From NCBI RefSeq assembly GCF_009914755.1, contig NC_060936.1: DNA of 64,000 nt, one strand, 5' to 3'. This stretch comes from the human T2T-CHM13v2.0 reference genome, Homo sapiens. Positions within the stretch are counted from its first letter, which is position 1, and each line of letters starts with the position of its first letter. A program made the translations under genes and the position numbers. A model generated the notes under the pieces. The model was not told where the DNA came from, made no database searches, and saw only the letters and a list, made by a program, of their open reading frames with translations. Positions 30,681 through 46,798 of this stretch are shown here, one piece after another.

Positions 30681-30984
30681 TTTTTTTTTTTTTTTTTTTT
30701 TTGAGATGGAATCTTGCTCTGTCGCCCAGGCTGGAGTGCAGTGGCGTGATCTCGGCTCACTGCAAGCTCTGCCTCCTGGGTTCACGCCATTCTCCTGCCT
30801 CAGCCTCCTGAGTAGCTGGGACTACAGGCACCCGCCACTGCGCCCAGCTAATTTTTTGTATTTTTAGTAGAGACGGGGTTTCACCGTGTTAGCCAGGATA
30901 AGTCTCGATCTCCTGACCTTGTGATCCACCCGCCTCAGCCTCCCAAAGTGCTGGGATTATAGGCGTGAGCCACCGTGCCAGGCC
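30681..30984 (-). mobile_element. AluY-like element
   Basis: TSD accattaacatctt at 30669 and 30985; Y-diagnostic caccgtgttagccaggat. Confidence 0.94.
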
Positions 30985-32101
30985 ACCATTAACATCTTAA
31001 CGTAACCATGAGGACATAAAATCTGTAATCAGATGCTGCATCTTTACATTTTAAAAACCCACAAAAAACACCTGAATCAGATAAAGCTTGGAGAATTTAA
31101 CTACCAACCTACAGCAAATTCAGAGGACGGCAGAGCCTATTAAATGTGCTGCAGAGGTAAAATCAGCAAAATCTGCAGCATGGCAGATTCTGTAGGACAA
31201 ATGACCTGGTTTCACCAACCAAAGGAAAAAGTGCAGAGAGAAAAATCATGAAGGGAGAATCTCATTTTTAAAAGCCAGGGTTTGGTCCTTATTTGGGACT
31301 CAATTCAAGCAAACTGTTTAAAAAAAAAAAATCGTAAGACCACTGGGGAAATTCTGCCTGGATATTCTGTACTATTAAGTAATTATAATGAATTTGGGTT
31401 TAGATATAATTGTGGTTGTGCTTTTGGGGAAGCTTCTGTTTTTGAAATACACACTGATGAAATCTCAGATGCCTGGGATTGGCTTCAGAATAGTCTGGGA
31501 GCGGGTGCGGGTGGGAGCTCATGGAGAACTGTGGAGCTGGGGGGTCGGCTTGTGGTCGCCTCTCTCTGCTTCTGCACACATCTGAAACCTGCCGTAATAA
31601 AAGTATTTTATCATCTGCACAGAGATTGTTTTTGATCTTGATGCCATTCTGCAAAAATCAAATACAACATGTTTTCTACCAAATCGAGAAAAAGCAACCT
31701 CTGTTTAAGTCCCCTGTTTTACATGACAAAGCTATAAGCCTCCCAAAAAACTACTGCTGCTAAAGTGGAATGCCAAACATCATCGAATAAATTCTACAGA
31801 AAGTTTGAAAGAAATGAGCAATTAAAGGGTCCATTCAAGAAGAGCCTGGCAACTCACCTTCCCAAACATCTGCAACTTAGCCTGAAATGTCATCAAAAAT
31901 GTAACAGTATAACAGTTTATAAGCAAACACATAACCTTTTTGAATATTAATTAGTACTCTGAATTACATACAAATAATTTATTTTAAAGCAGTCACTATT
32001 TTAATTTTTAAAAATGTAAAAGAACAAAAACCAATAAAGAAAAAAATAACAAATACCCATACTCCCAACATCAATAATTAAACATAAAACTTCAAACTTA
32101 C

Positions 32102-32176
32102 CCTTTAACTTGGCTCGAATTTTATTCGCAGTTTTCTTGATTTCTTTGTTCAGATCTTCAAGCTCTTCTTTTATTT
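32102..32176 (-). CDS. STX2: STX2 coding exon 4 ([25 protein letters not shown])
   Basis: 75 nt, phase 1-1, acceptor tttatag|, donor |gtaagt. Confidence 0.97.
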
Positions 32177-32317
32177 CTATAAAAATTTAAAATTAAAAAA
32201 TAAAATACAGCATCTGAGCTATAATATCCAACATAAATGATATCCAATAAATTTAAGTGAAACAGTATCCTTAGTAAATATTCACTTTTTTTCTGTAAGA
32301 AAAACTACCGCTTATAC

Positions 32318-32494
32318 CAGTGGTTCTCAAGGTGGGTCCCTAGACAGCAGCTTTCATAAATATCAGGTGGCAGCTTAGTAGAAACACAAATCCCTGGGGC
32401 CCACCCTGGACCTACTCAGAAACTGAGGTGGGGACAGTGGCCCAGCAATCTGAGTTAGCAAACCCTCCAGGTGACACAAGTTTGAGACTTGCTG
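32318..32494. mobile_element. MER5A-like hAT MITE
   Basis: cagtggttctcaa ... aaccctccaggtga ... aagtttgaga termini. Confidence 0.7.
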
Positions 32495-33456
32495 CTCTAT
32501 ACCCATGAATGAAACTGCTGCCTAAATCCACTGCTAACACCTAGACCTGGGAAAGGAAAACGGAGACGTAACGATGATCTCAACAAAGTCTCCCGTGTGT
32601 GTGCTTTTCTCTTGTGCTGTCAGCTGTCTCCCCAAAACGCCCGAATAATCACAGCCACCACTTCAGGGCTGCTGGGCCGGTCGCCCTGGCCTGGCTTCTC
32701 AGACACTCAGGGCTGCAAGCAGGGGGCGATGGAGGCAGGGGCCGGCCTCCTAACACGGAGGGAGGCCAGCAGAGCAGGAGCTGACACTCCAGGGCAGTGC
32801 TGAGACCTAAGGCCACCCAGGGCGTCATAGCAGCCTCTGCTTTCATGCCTAGCTGCCCCAGAGCCCAGGGAGGGTGGCAGGATGTCTGCTCCATGCCGCA
32901 CACTCACATTTGCCAGTCCAGTGGCTGAAGTGACCGGAAGGGAAGGGGGTTTCTCTCTCCTTTGGGCAGAAGTTGCTGAAACAGGAAGGCCCCCGCCCCG
33001 TCTCTGGAGTCCTGTTGTCGTTTTAGAGAGTCCTGCACTTGCCTCTCTCACTCAATCTCACACGCATCAGCCGGGGAAAAGGCAAACGTTTCTGCCGTAG
33101 ACAACTTGGCCAAGAATGAAAGCTTTCAGAGATGCCCACTCTCTTCCTGACACCCCCTCAGCTGAGCATACGCAGGGTGCCCCGAGTACCCACTGCACAC
33201 AAGCGTGTGCTAAGTCTTCTTTCCATGCTCAGCTACAGTCATCAGACGCAGCCTGGCTCGTCCAGGGTTTCAGAGCCAGATCAGAGACTGAGTGATCTCC
33301 AGAGGTGACAGGTCACGCACCAGTGACACCTACTGAGTACTTTCTGTGTGCAGGCCCGTGTCATCTAAGGAGGCTAACAAGACCGCCAGGGACCTAACAA
33401 CTCGGTAAAAACAGACAAGACAAACCCAGGAAGCGCCAATGCCACGCAGAGACTAA

Positions 33457-34235
<779 letters not shown>

Positions 34236-35689
34236 AAAACAAAGAAAAATTATTCTGATAATGGATGAAACTAGAAAAAAAGAGAAACTAGACACAAAGG
34301 GGTCATTTCGTGATTCTCCTCTGTGAACATGTTTCTAAAGGGAGATTCTCAGGGGAATCTTTCTACCACCCCAAGGGGTATTCTGAAATTTGTGGGGTAT
34401 TTCCAGTCATCATAAAAAAGGGAGAGCCACTGGCATCCAGAAGACATAAGCCAGGAATGGCACCAGCCAGCACCACACAACAAAGAACTGGCCTCCATCC
34501 TCCTGTAGTTCCTGAGCGTGACGACGGGGTGTTCGTGCGCGTGTGAGATGTGCCACCCTCGAACCTCATTACGTCAGCACATCACCCACTGGCCTGCATA
34601 ACTGCCAGATGCACGCTGCTCACTCAGGCAGGAGAAAAGACCTGTTTTCCTGAGCCCAGAACCTGACTCCAGCTTACAAATAAGCCCTGTTTTCATCTGC
34701 ATCGTTTCAATATCCAGTGGATTTTCAGGAATGCAACTGCCGTGTCACCGCTCTGCATGGCGAGAAAGCTGTACTTCAGTCTATTTCAGTGACACCTACT
34801 GCCTCAGGAAAAGCACAGGGAAGCCTGCTAACGGCAGCTGAATCACAGCACCTCATCAGCTTGCAGCCTTGGCTGTGACAGTCACAGCACTTGTTTGTAG
34901 GGGGGCAAGCGCCTGAATTTTGTTTTCTGGTGTTGTGCCTGAGCCTGCACAATACAATTTGTACTTCAATATGTAAGTTACTTCCATTTTATGTCTCCTT
35001 CATATTAGTTTGGATATTATATGTTTTTTTAAAATCATGGAGGTAGGTAGGCTATATCATCTATGAACTTCATTTTAGAATAGTAAAGGGAACACAAAAT
35101 GCCTTATAAAATGGGGCATTTGACAGGAATTAGAGAGACTTGCTATGAATAAAGAGGGTGGCAGGTCCATAGTTTGTGGCAGGGGTGCTGGCTCCTGTGG
35201 TGCGTGAGGCTGATGCAAACACCCCCAAGGCCTGGCCACTGTGCCTGGGGAATGAGGGCTGAGTGTAGGAGTCGAAGCTAAAACGTACACACAGCAAGGG
35301 CATTTGTGCAGGGGTCCGGCCCAGCCAGCGCCTGAGCACAGCTGAGGACGACTAGACTCGGGAGACGGTCTTGAGCCACCGCGCAGCCACAGAAACCACA
35401 AGATCTGAGAGCTGGGCCTGCCAGTGGATGAGAGTCTCCCTCTTGAGCTGGCGGGCCACAGCAGGACTCACTCCCCTGGGGAAAGAAAGCCCTTGGCCGT
35501 TACACAGCAGGGGTGGGGGGCACTCATGACGGAGTGAACTTGCTGCCACTACAGGCCCACGGGGCTTGAGCAACTCATCAGCAAAACAAAAGAGGCACTG
35601 CCTGTCTGATCCTGCAAGCTGCAGACGCAGGCCATAAGGTCACATTTGATAAAGGTGGTATTTCAAATCAGAGACCAGACGGGGATCAG

Positions 35690-37030
35690 GAACCTCCTCT
35701 TCCAGCGGCCTAGGTGATTCAGCTCAATCCTGCTGCTGAGAACAATTAGAAAGGGTAGACACAATACTCTTTCTAAATCTGTGTAAAGCCATTAGAAACC
35801 TAACAAGGTGCGAAAATAAATAAAATAAAATAATTTAAAAAAGAAATAAAAACAAAAGAAACCTAACAAGGCAGGAAAGAAGACTCAGAAGAAGAAAACC
35901 CAAAGACATGGGCCCCACTTTTGCAGCCACTTTTACCTGGGGGCATGTGCCAACTCCATAAAAGGCAGCTGAGCTGCAGAGAAGCTGAGAAAACTGTGCT
36001 GACTTGGAGAGACAATGCCCTAGGAGGAACAGTCAGGTGGGAAGCTGGCCCTCGCAGGGGCTGAAGCCTCAGTCTAAATCATCTCAATCCCTAAAATTAG
36101 ATCCAGAATTGCTGGTGCTTCTAGCCATCTGCCAGAAATAAAAATAAATCATCTCTTTAAAAAGAAAATACCATTCAGGACTCAAATTATTACTGCAAAT
36201 AATTCCAATACAAAGCTCAAAACTCAATCAAAAATAACCAGGCAAACAAAGAAAAAAAAAAACACATGAATGAAAACCCAACAAAAAGAGACAACACTAA
36301 CCCATCCACAGAGGCACCAGCTAATAAAGTTACAAGACACAGACGTTAAAACAATTACATTCAAAGAGATAAAATGTAAGATCATAAATTTTGTCAGAGA
36401 ATAGGACAGTATTAAAAGGAACCAAGTGGAATTCTAGGAGTTAAAACCAATCCAAAAATAATTCCATAGATGAAGAAAGATTCCCTGACCTGAAAGACAA
36501 TCGCTGAAGAGAAATCAAACGATAAGTCAGGGAAAACATTTTCAAAATAAAATATATAGAGAAAAAATGATGAAAAATAGAGAACAAAAGAGGAGAGACA
36601 GAAAGGATACACTGAAACGCTCTAAAGACATACAATTCCAGCCGCAAAGAGAGATGACAGAAAACGGAGCAAGGATGCTACTTGAAGAAGTAATGGCCAA
36701 AGTTTTTCAAAAACACAGCCAGAAAACGTCAGTCCAAAGACTCAAGAAGCCTTATAAGAAGAGGGAAAAAGAAAACGAAAACCACATCTCAAAACTTCAC
36801 AGTAAAACTGCTAAAACCAAAGACCAAAAACCAAATATCTTAAAAGCTCTAATTAGCTGACAAAAAAAAAAAGTAAAGCCAAAAGACACTGGAAAAATAT
36901 GTTTTAAATCTTCAGAGTGGTGAAAGAAAACAACTTCTAAACTAGAATCTTCTACTCAGTGAAAATATCCTTCGAGAATAATACTAAACTGAGGATAATT
37001 TCAGATAATAGCGAATCTTCACTGAAGGAG
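35690..37030 (+). mobile_element. Old L1 ORF1-region remnant
   Basis: A-rich; tttctaaactagaatcttctactcagtgaaaatatccttc resembles the L1 ORF1 end; ORF 36567..36860 is ORF1-like. Confidence 0.6.
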
Positions 37031-37289
37031 GTAAGAAGGAAGGGGAGAGGAACCGCAAGGGCAGGAAGGCCTCGGGTGGGGTGGTCCCAGCCTGTGGTGG
37101 GGGCAGCTGGGCTGAAGCAGGGCAGGGGTCCCGGAGCCAAGACTCCCCAGGAAGGCCCTGCAGTGGGAGGGGATGCCGGAGCCTGGCCACGCAGCTCCTT
37201 ACGGGGAGTACGCGCGGCTTCGTTTCTGAAGGGAGAAGGCCCCATGAGCTGTCCCCATGCCCTGCAGGGGAGGGGACAGGAGAGGGGTA

Positions 37290-37320
37290 ACACAGTGAGA
37301 AACGCTGTTTCTACAAAAAA

Positions 37321-37383
<63 letters not shown>

Positions 37384-37530
37384 CTGGGCGTGGTGGCATA
37401 AACCTGTAATCCCAGCTACTCGGGAGGCTGCAGTGGGAGGACTGTCTGAGCCCAGGAGGCTGAGCCTGCAGTGGCAGTGGGCTGAGATCACGCAGCTGCA
37501 CTCTCGCCTGGTCGACACAGGGAGACTCCT
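37290..37530 (+). mobile_element. Partial Alu with (A)n(TA)n expansion of the middle linker (37315-37376)
   Basis: tctac + A tract + ~19 TA + aaattatctgggcgtggtggc. Confidence 0.8.
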
Positions 37531-38310
37531 CTGGAGGGTGGGGGGGAGAGGGCGGGGGAGGAAGAATCACAACAGCACTGGAAGGCAGATGCCACCACTA
37601 GCTCATTTCACACGTGTGGGAACTGCCCCGGGAGAGGTTAAGTGATGCGTCCAAGGCCACACAGGGATAACCGGTGGGACAGGATCTGAATCCAGAGCCA
37701 CAGAGGCGCGGCTTCCTCCAGGGCCTCAGGGGCCTCCGCACAAGAAGCCGGGTCTCCATGAGTCTGATTTCCCGCGGAAAAGCACAGAATGCACGGGAGC
37801 AGGCGGCGCTGGAGATGGAGACGATGGAGACGATGGAGACGGTGCAGACGGTGCAGACGCTGCCCCAGCGCATTCGGAGCGGAGCCCCAGGGAACGGCTG
37901 AGGGAACAGGAAGCAGAGAAAACGGGAGCGTGCGCAGCCGCAAGGACGACCGCACCCGAACACAGGGTGCAAGCCAGGCTGACGGCTGACTGCAGGAGCG
38001 AATCAAATCCCCGCCGTCCTGCAGGGGGAATCCCAGCCTCGTCGTCACTAAAACCCAAACCAGAATCACACACACTTCATGCTCCTGCAGGGCTGGATCC
38101 GCGTCTTGGAGGGCCTGAAATTTCTACGTTTTGCAAAGACGCTCTTTTAATACAAAAGAAAAAAGAAATAATACAAAAGTAGAAAGTGAAAAAAGAAAAA
38201 TGCAGGTAAAAGGTCCTTCGTCCACCTCTCTGCCCTGGGATCCGCGGCTGCAGGTGGCGCGGCGCGGGCGGTGCTGGGACCGGGGACCCGCCCAGGACCG
38301 GCTGCCTCTG

Positions 38311-38324
38311 GCGCCACCTGGCGG
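38311..38324 (-). promoter_or_regulatory. CTCF consensus motif (CCGCCAGGTGGCGC)
   Basis: Close match to the CTCF core CC(A/G)(C/G)(C/T)AG(A/G)(G/T)GGC(A/G)(C/G). Confidence 0.6.
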
Positions 38325-39249
38325 CCGCCGTGCCCAGCCCTGCCCCGGGTCCTGAGGTTGACGGGGGACCTCCGGGAGGGCAGCAGCCCGGGGATCGCCC
38401 TGCTCACCGGGACCTAAGCAGAGCGCCTGCCCGAGAATAGGGAGACACGCGGGAGGCGGAGCACAGTAGTCCCCCTTCCTCCCTCCCACCCTCCCCTCTT
38501 CCTTTAGGAACAAGGCGGGAAGGCCAAGAGCCTGTCCCTCTCTGCGTTACCCCGGGCCCATCACTGGGAGAGAGGAATCACTGCATTTTGCTTTTTAAAG
38601 ACTGACCAAGGAAGCGGCTGGAGGCTGCTGCCTACATTTTGGTTCACACTCTGTCACAAAACAAAACACAAAAAAGCAATGGTTTTCTTTAGAGCCCAAA
38701 AGGGACTATCATGAAACAGTAACAGTTCTAAATTTACTCAAAAAATAGTTCTCTCTGCTATGACTTGGCAGCAAAAATGTTTTGGAGGTAAATTATTCAA
38801 AAAAAAATGCGGATACTTATTCAAATATAATTTCCCTAAGCATTAAGCATGATGTTAACAGATGTTACATAAAAGGTCCTACGGGCAAATAAATGTGTGA
38901 AACACTAAACAAAGCTAAACAGGCTTCCTTCTAGGAAGCCTTCTCAGAGCCTTGATTATTCTACGGGTACTGCAACTTCCCAAGAGGGGCTGGGCGACGG
39001 CACGAAGAGGTCCCCGGAAAGATCTGGCCGCAGGCAGCACCCTGGCTGCACGGACTAGCTCATGAGACGGCGGCTCCAGAAACATTTTGGGAAACACACT
39101 TCTGAGTCACTGAGAGGGCATAAACAGAGGCTCAGAATATTATTTTACAAGATACATAAAATTTTAAAATGCACTTTTTCAATTTAATACTACTTTCTTA
39201 TTTTTTCAACGTACGGCTACACTAAGTAATATTCCAACAAAAAATGTAT

Positions 39250-40070
<821 letters not shown>

Positions 40071-40620
40071 CTCCTATTTGTAATCTCTGGCTTGCTCAGA
40101 TCCATGTCCCCTGTAAAGCTTTCAATATTTATCATTCCAGAGCAATGAAACTCTCTTCTCTATAGCTCCCACGCCCCTAACGCTGAGTTAATTTAAAATC
40201 ATGTCTTTTCTCCCAATGAGGAGATGCAAATACCACGGGGAAGCAAATTGAGACAAAAATCCAGGTTCTCCAGCTGCTTCCACTGAGCTCCTTTCACTCT
40301 CCTGTGTGCCTCAGATTCAAAAGGAAGCAAATGTGAGGCAGGGAGAATTTGGATAAACAGGTAAAGAAAGAAAACCGTTTCTTCCGTGCCATCCCCCACA
40401 GCCACTGAGCGCAGCACAGTCCATACAAAAGCTCCTCAAGACTTTCAGAGTCGCCTCAGTGCGTCTTCCTATTTCACTCTGCTCTTACAAGTACTGTTTT
40501 CCAAATCAATCCCTGATTCACTGCCCTCTGAACAGAAAATGCTGTCTTGCTGAACTGTGGTCTAATCTTGGCCCCTAAGTTCTGTGAAGCCACTTTCGTG
40601 TATTCTTTAGGACATGATCC

Positions 40621-40790
40621 ATCAGTGGGCCTCACCCTGGCTGACCACTAGAATCATACAGGCAGCTTTAAGAAAAAAAAAACATACAGATGCCCTGGCT
40701 CGCCCCAGGCCAAACGCCTCAGACTCTCTAGGGTGTCAGCATTTCATACAAACTCCCCTGAATCTCCCGTGAGGCCAGAGTTGAGGCCTG
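40621..40790. mobile_element. MER5-like hAT MITE adjacent to the exon 3 donor
   Basis: cagtgg...tagaatca...cagatgccctggc...ccagagttgag pattern. Confidence 0.5.
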
Positions 40791-40855
40791 TGCCGCAGAC
40801 AGCCAGAGGGACACACAGACAGACAAACGTTTTGTTGTGAAAACCAACAACTTAC

Positions 40856-40955
40856 TTCCTTCCGGGTTTGGTGCAGAAAGAATGATGCTGTGGTTTTTCT
40901 TTACTTCTTCAACATATTGAGTTATTTTATCAATACTGTTTCTAATCTCCTCCAC
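40856..40955 (-). CDS. STX2: STX2 coding exon 3 ([10 protein letters not shown]...SAPNPEG)
   Basis: 100 nt, acceptor ctctcctag|, donor |gtaagt; matches ORF 40728..40955. Confidence 0.97.
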
Positions 40956-41303
40956 CTAGGAGAGAGAGAGAGTCATTACAGCATGGCAAACTCAAATCTG
41001 TGACCACTTTTCATCCCCTAAAAGGGGAAGAATAAAGGAGGGAAATAAATAATTACCACATAAGAAATAAAAGCCTCTCCCATTCTCACACTGGTATCGT
41101 TAAATTTAAAAAATAAAGATATATCCTATGAATATTTCTACCTTCATACCTAAAGCAGTACCAATCAACATTCACCGGGAAAACCTATCAGGTTGTAAAA
41201 ATTTCTAGTCAAGTCCCAAGCATGACACAGATGGGGCCAATTAGAAGCATACTACTACTAATACCCATTCTCAGTATAACCAGGAAGTAAGCCCATAAAA
41301 CAT

Positions 41304-41597
41304 GCAGGCACAGTGGCTCACACCTGTAATCCCAGCACTGTGGGAGGCCAAGGCAGGCGGATCACTTGAGGCCAGGAGTTCAGGACCAGCCTGGCCAACA
41401 TAGAGAAACCTCTTCTCTACTAAACGTACAAAAATTAGCCAAGTGAGGTGGCACACACCTGTGATCCCAGCTACTCAGGAAGCTGAGGCTCAAGAATCGC
41501 TTGAATCGGGAGGCAGAGGTTGCAGTGAACCAAGATCACACCACTGCACTCCAGCGTGGGCAACAGAGCAAGACTCTGTCTCAAAAAAAAAAGAAGA
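41304..41597 (+). mobile_element. AluS
   Basis: Alu consensus. Confidence 0.9.
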
Positions 41598-41771
41598 AAA
41601 TAATAATAATAATACTCTTATGGGAGGAGGTATCTATAGCTCATACAGCCAAGGCTTCATAATTATTATCTTTGACCTCTAAATGTTTAAATTCAATATT
41701 TGTTTCAAAATGTAACATATCATTAGCAAGATTTATCTAGATGGAGTCATAACATTATCTTCAAAAACCTC

Positions 41772-42940
41772 TACGGCAGGCTGAATAATGACCCCAAAGA
41801 TGTTCAGGTCCTGATCCCTGGGCCTGGGAGTTACCTTATAGGGCAAAAGATACTTTGCAGATGTGACGAAACTAAGGATCTGGAGACGGGAAATGATCCT
41901 GAATTCTCCAGTTTGGTCCTCATTAACCCATTTATGCCAGAGGCTGCAATGTGTGTGTGTGAAAAATCAGACCTTGGTGATGACCCTGAGCAGTAGGATA
42001 TAAATAACTCGCAAAAGCTTAGCGTTCCAATAATGGAACACTACGCATAAATGGGTTAAAGTCGCAAGTGTTCTTAGAAGACAGCAGTAGATGGAGATCC
42101 AGCTACAGAAGCAGCAAGGTGAGCCCTGGAGCAAGATGCTCTGCTGCCAGCTCCTACCTCCTTCCTCATTTTAAAATAGTAATTATAGGCCAGGCACAGT
42201 GGCTCATGCCTGTAATCCCAGCACTTTGGGAGCCAAGGCAGAAGGATCACTTGTGGCCAAGAGTTCAAGACTAGCCTGGGCAACATAGAGAGACCCCCAT
42301 CTCTACAAAAACTTTAAAAAAAAAGAAAATTAGCCGGGCACAATGGTGCATGCCTGCAGTCCCAGCCACTCAGGAGGCTGAGGCAGGAAGATCACTTGGG
42401 CCCAGGAAGTTGAGGCTGTAGTGAGCTGTGACTGCACCACTACACTACAGCCTGGGCAACAGAGCAAGACCCTGCTCTTAAAAACAAAAAAAGGAAGAAG
42501 TAATTATTAACCATTACATGTTGTGGCACAATCCACACCCTAATCCCAGAGCCTGTGAATATGTCACCTTGCATAGCAAAGGGAACTTTGCAGATGTGAT
42601 CAAATTGAGTCTTGAGATGGGAGACTACCCTGGATTATCTGGGTGGGCCCAACGTAACCACAGGATTCCTTATAAGACGAGGCAAGGGAGCCAACGTTGG
42701 AAGAAGGACACTTGATTGTGAAAACAGCAGCTGGAGTGATGGCTTTCAAGAGGGAGGAAACCCAAGAACACAGGCCGCCTGCGGAAGATGGAGAGGAAGG
42801 CAGCTCCAGGAGGCTTGCGGCTCTGCCCTGCCAGCATCTGAGCTTCTCCAGGCCCTGGAACTAGGAGGAGGTGATAAACGTGTTGTTGAAGCACAGTGAT
42901 TGCGGTGATTTTGTTACAGCAGCAGCAGGAAACTGACACA
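41772..42940 (+). mobile_element. MLT1(C/D)-like MaLR LTR pieces (41772-~42150 and ~42520-42940) with inserted MER85 and Alu (42188-42492)
   Basis: tttgcagatgtga..., tggagacgggaaatgatcctgaatt; end ttgttacagcagcagcaggaaactgacaca. Confidence 0.7.
41927..42055 (-). mobile_element. MER85 piggyBac (PGBD3-derived) MITE, full length
   Basis: TIRs cccatttatgc / gcataaatggg, TTAA TSD on both sides, internal palindrome gttccaataatggaac (42024-42039). Confidence 0.93.
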
Positions 42941-43274
42941 CGGATCAACATAAATAACACATTTCTGTGAAAAATAGATCTCCAAAAAATCGGTGGAAAC
43001 AGAGGCAGTGATTTGCACTTTTTGTAAATCTAATGTCCAGCTTAATAGACAGCACCCTGATCATCACAGATATTTCTGGGTTTGGTGTGTTGGCTCTGAG
43101 AAACTCCATCATTGTGCAGTCATAAGACAATGAAAATGGCAATGATCATCTTAGTATTACTTTGAAAAGAGCTTTGACCACAGAATCCTCTTGAAAGGGT
43201 CTTAGGGACCCCAGGGACTCCTAACCCAAGCCCCGGACCAGATTTGAAAAGTCTAAGTATTAAAGAATCATGCA

Positions 43275-44537
<1,263 letters not shown>

Positions 44538-45627
44538 TAATGGCAGGAGATTCTTTAAAATAAATACATTTTTACAAAGAACTTACATGGAAGGGTTAAG
44601 CAACCAAGTAAAAGGAATAAAATCAGAAAAATAGTAATTTGACAAAGGGGGCAGGAAGGCTAAAGACAATTTAAAAAGTCTCATTTCCAAGAAGTGAAAT
44701 CAGGAAATCCCAGCATCTTAACTCCTTCATACCTTAAAGGAAGTTCCTTGTAGCTAACAATTTAATCTCATGGTTTTTTCCTTTAAATAACAGTAGCAAC
44801 TAACAAATACTAGAAAACCAGTGACTAGGCTTACGTGAGATATTCAAGAAATTCTGGCTGAATCTGAAAAACTAGTAACTTTCCATATGCTTTTATAAAC
44901 CTATTAAAATGTTCAAATCCAGGCACTGCTAGGCCAGATGAGGCTGCTGAGTGAAACTATCCCATGAGACTCAGCATAATCAAGACGAGTCCTGCAATGA
45001 AGGTTCCGTCATTAAAAAACCCACTGGACGTGTGTTTTCGTTTCTTCATGTTTTACAAGGTCAATATATTTGTTCTGTGACTCAATTTCAAAAATTTGAA
45101 ATTAAGCAACATTAGATCAGATAATTCTTAGGTTTGAGAATTTCAGCAGGGCCTAAGCCCAAGAGCTGAGCTGGGGAGATAAGCAGGAGGGGGAGGCCTC
45201 ACACCTCAGATAGGATCCCAGCACCGCCAGGCCGCCACATTTTAAAATATCAGCCACTGGGTCACCTGTGACTTTCCTCTGAGTCTTCTACCTGAGCTCA
45301 TATACAGCTGATCTGTCACCGATTTCAGACCCTGAGCCCTCTGCTCTAGGCACTTGCCTCAGGACTCACACCCACCAGTGGACGGATGGCAGTGCTGGTG
45401 GGAGCCACGCACACCTGACCCCTGCCCCCACAGCCAGGCGCCACCTCTGCTGCCGGAACCACCACTTCCTGAAGAACCAAGGAGGCCTCGTTCTGAGACA
45501 CTGCCAGTCTTGCAGGAAGGCCTTTGTAAAACTCTCTTAAGGGGCGCCGCAGGACCTCCAAAAGGCAGCCTGCAAGGAGGCGGCGCTCCTGCAGCAGCCA
45601 GCACCGGGTGGGAGAAGTGGCCGCCCA

Positions 45628-45641
45628 CCAGCAGAGGGCGC
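45628..45641 (+). promoter_or_regulatory. CTCF consensus motif (CCAGCAGAGGGCGC)
   Basis: Perfect match to the CTCF core within a small GC-rich patch (45300-45720). Confidence 0.65.
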
Positions 45642-45884
45642 TGCAGGCCCGGCCCCAACCCACGCGGAGGCCACGTGCACAGCTCCACCATCCACACCCA
45701 GTTCCCTCCCGGACTGCATTAGAACGATGATTTGCATTTTTCTCATTATTAACATTGTGATCATACTAAAAATTCCAGAGAACTTACGTAATTCAAACAA
45801 CAACTTTTAAAAATATTAGCTTAAGTATTATTTCAAATATGATAAATGCACAATCATATTGATATAAATCTTTAAAGAAGAAAG

Positions 45885-46342
<458 letters not shown>

Positions 46343-46359
46343 TCATTAAACGCTCTTAC

Positions 46360-46434
46360 CTGATGGAAGAAATCATCCATGAAATGATCTTTCTCAACCA
46401 CAACAACTGTGTCTCCATCATCATTCTTCCTACA
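46360..46434 (-). CDS. STX2: STX2 coding exon 2 ([25 protein letters not shown])
   Basis: 75 nt, acceptor ttgtag|, donor CAG|gtaaga. Confidence 0.97.
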
Positions 46435-46798
46435 CTACAATGAAAAATGGAAAATTCAGTTTTTTAAAATTTTTATGTAGGCACAAATAGCGAACTGAAA
46501 TACAAAAACAGTTCAATACCCACAAGATCTCAACTCACTACAGCACCAAATTGTAACAGACTAGCAGCCACCACTATCTACTCCAACTGAACTCCGCAAC
46601 ATTTTCAACACAACAGATCCTGGCTGAAGCAGCCAGAAGGTGGAAGACCTGGAGAGAAACAAGGGGTGGCTTTCTCAGAACTAAGCTGCTTAGAATCATT
46701 TAGTTCTCACTATGTAAGTCAATATAACACAGGCCAGTTTTACCCTCAAGAAGTGAAACTGCTGGTGTTGCATATTTTCCATAAACAGTAAAAACACT

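Larger units (their letters stand above)
37050..38560. promoter_or_regulatory. Intragenic CpG-island-like region in STX2 intron 3
   Basis: CpG-dense and GC-rich against an AT-rich intron background; contains CTCF-like motifs. Confidence 0.7.

Noticed and set aside
36567-37645. 97-aa and 228-aa ORFs as a novel gene
   Set aside because: Composite of decayed L1 ORF1, GC-rich DNA, a (TA)n tract and Alu; no coherent domain
37811-37860. 9-bp repeat (gatggagac/ggtgcagac) giving ETMETM/HRLHRL peptides
   Set aside because: Short slippage repeat; no evidence of coding
38124-38561. Coding alternative first exon in frame with exon 4
   Set aside because: The frame is phase-compatible, but the only ATG (38561) is followed by TAA after four codons; the remainder has only near-cognate starts
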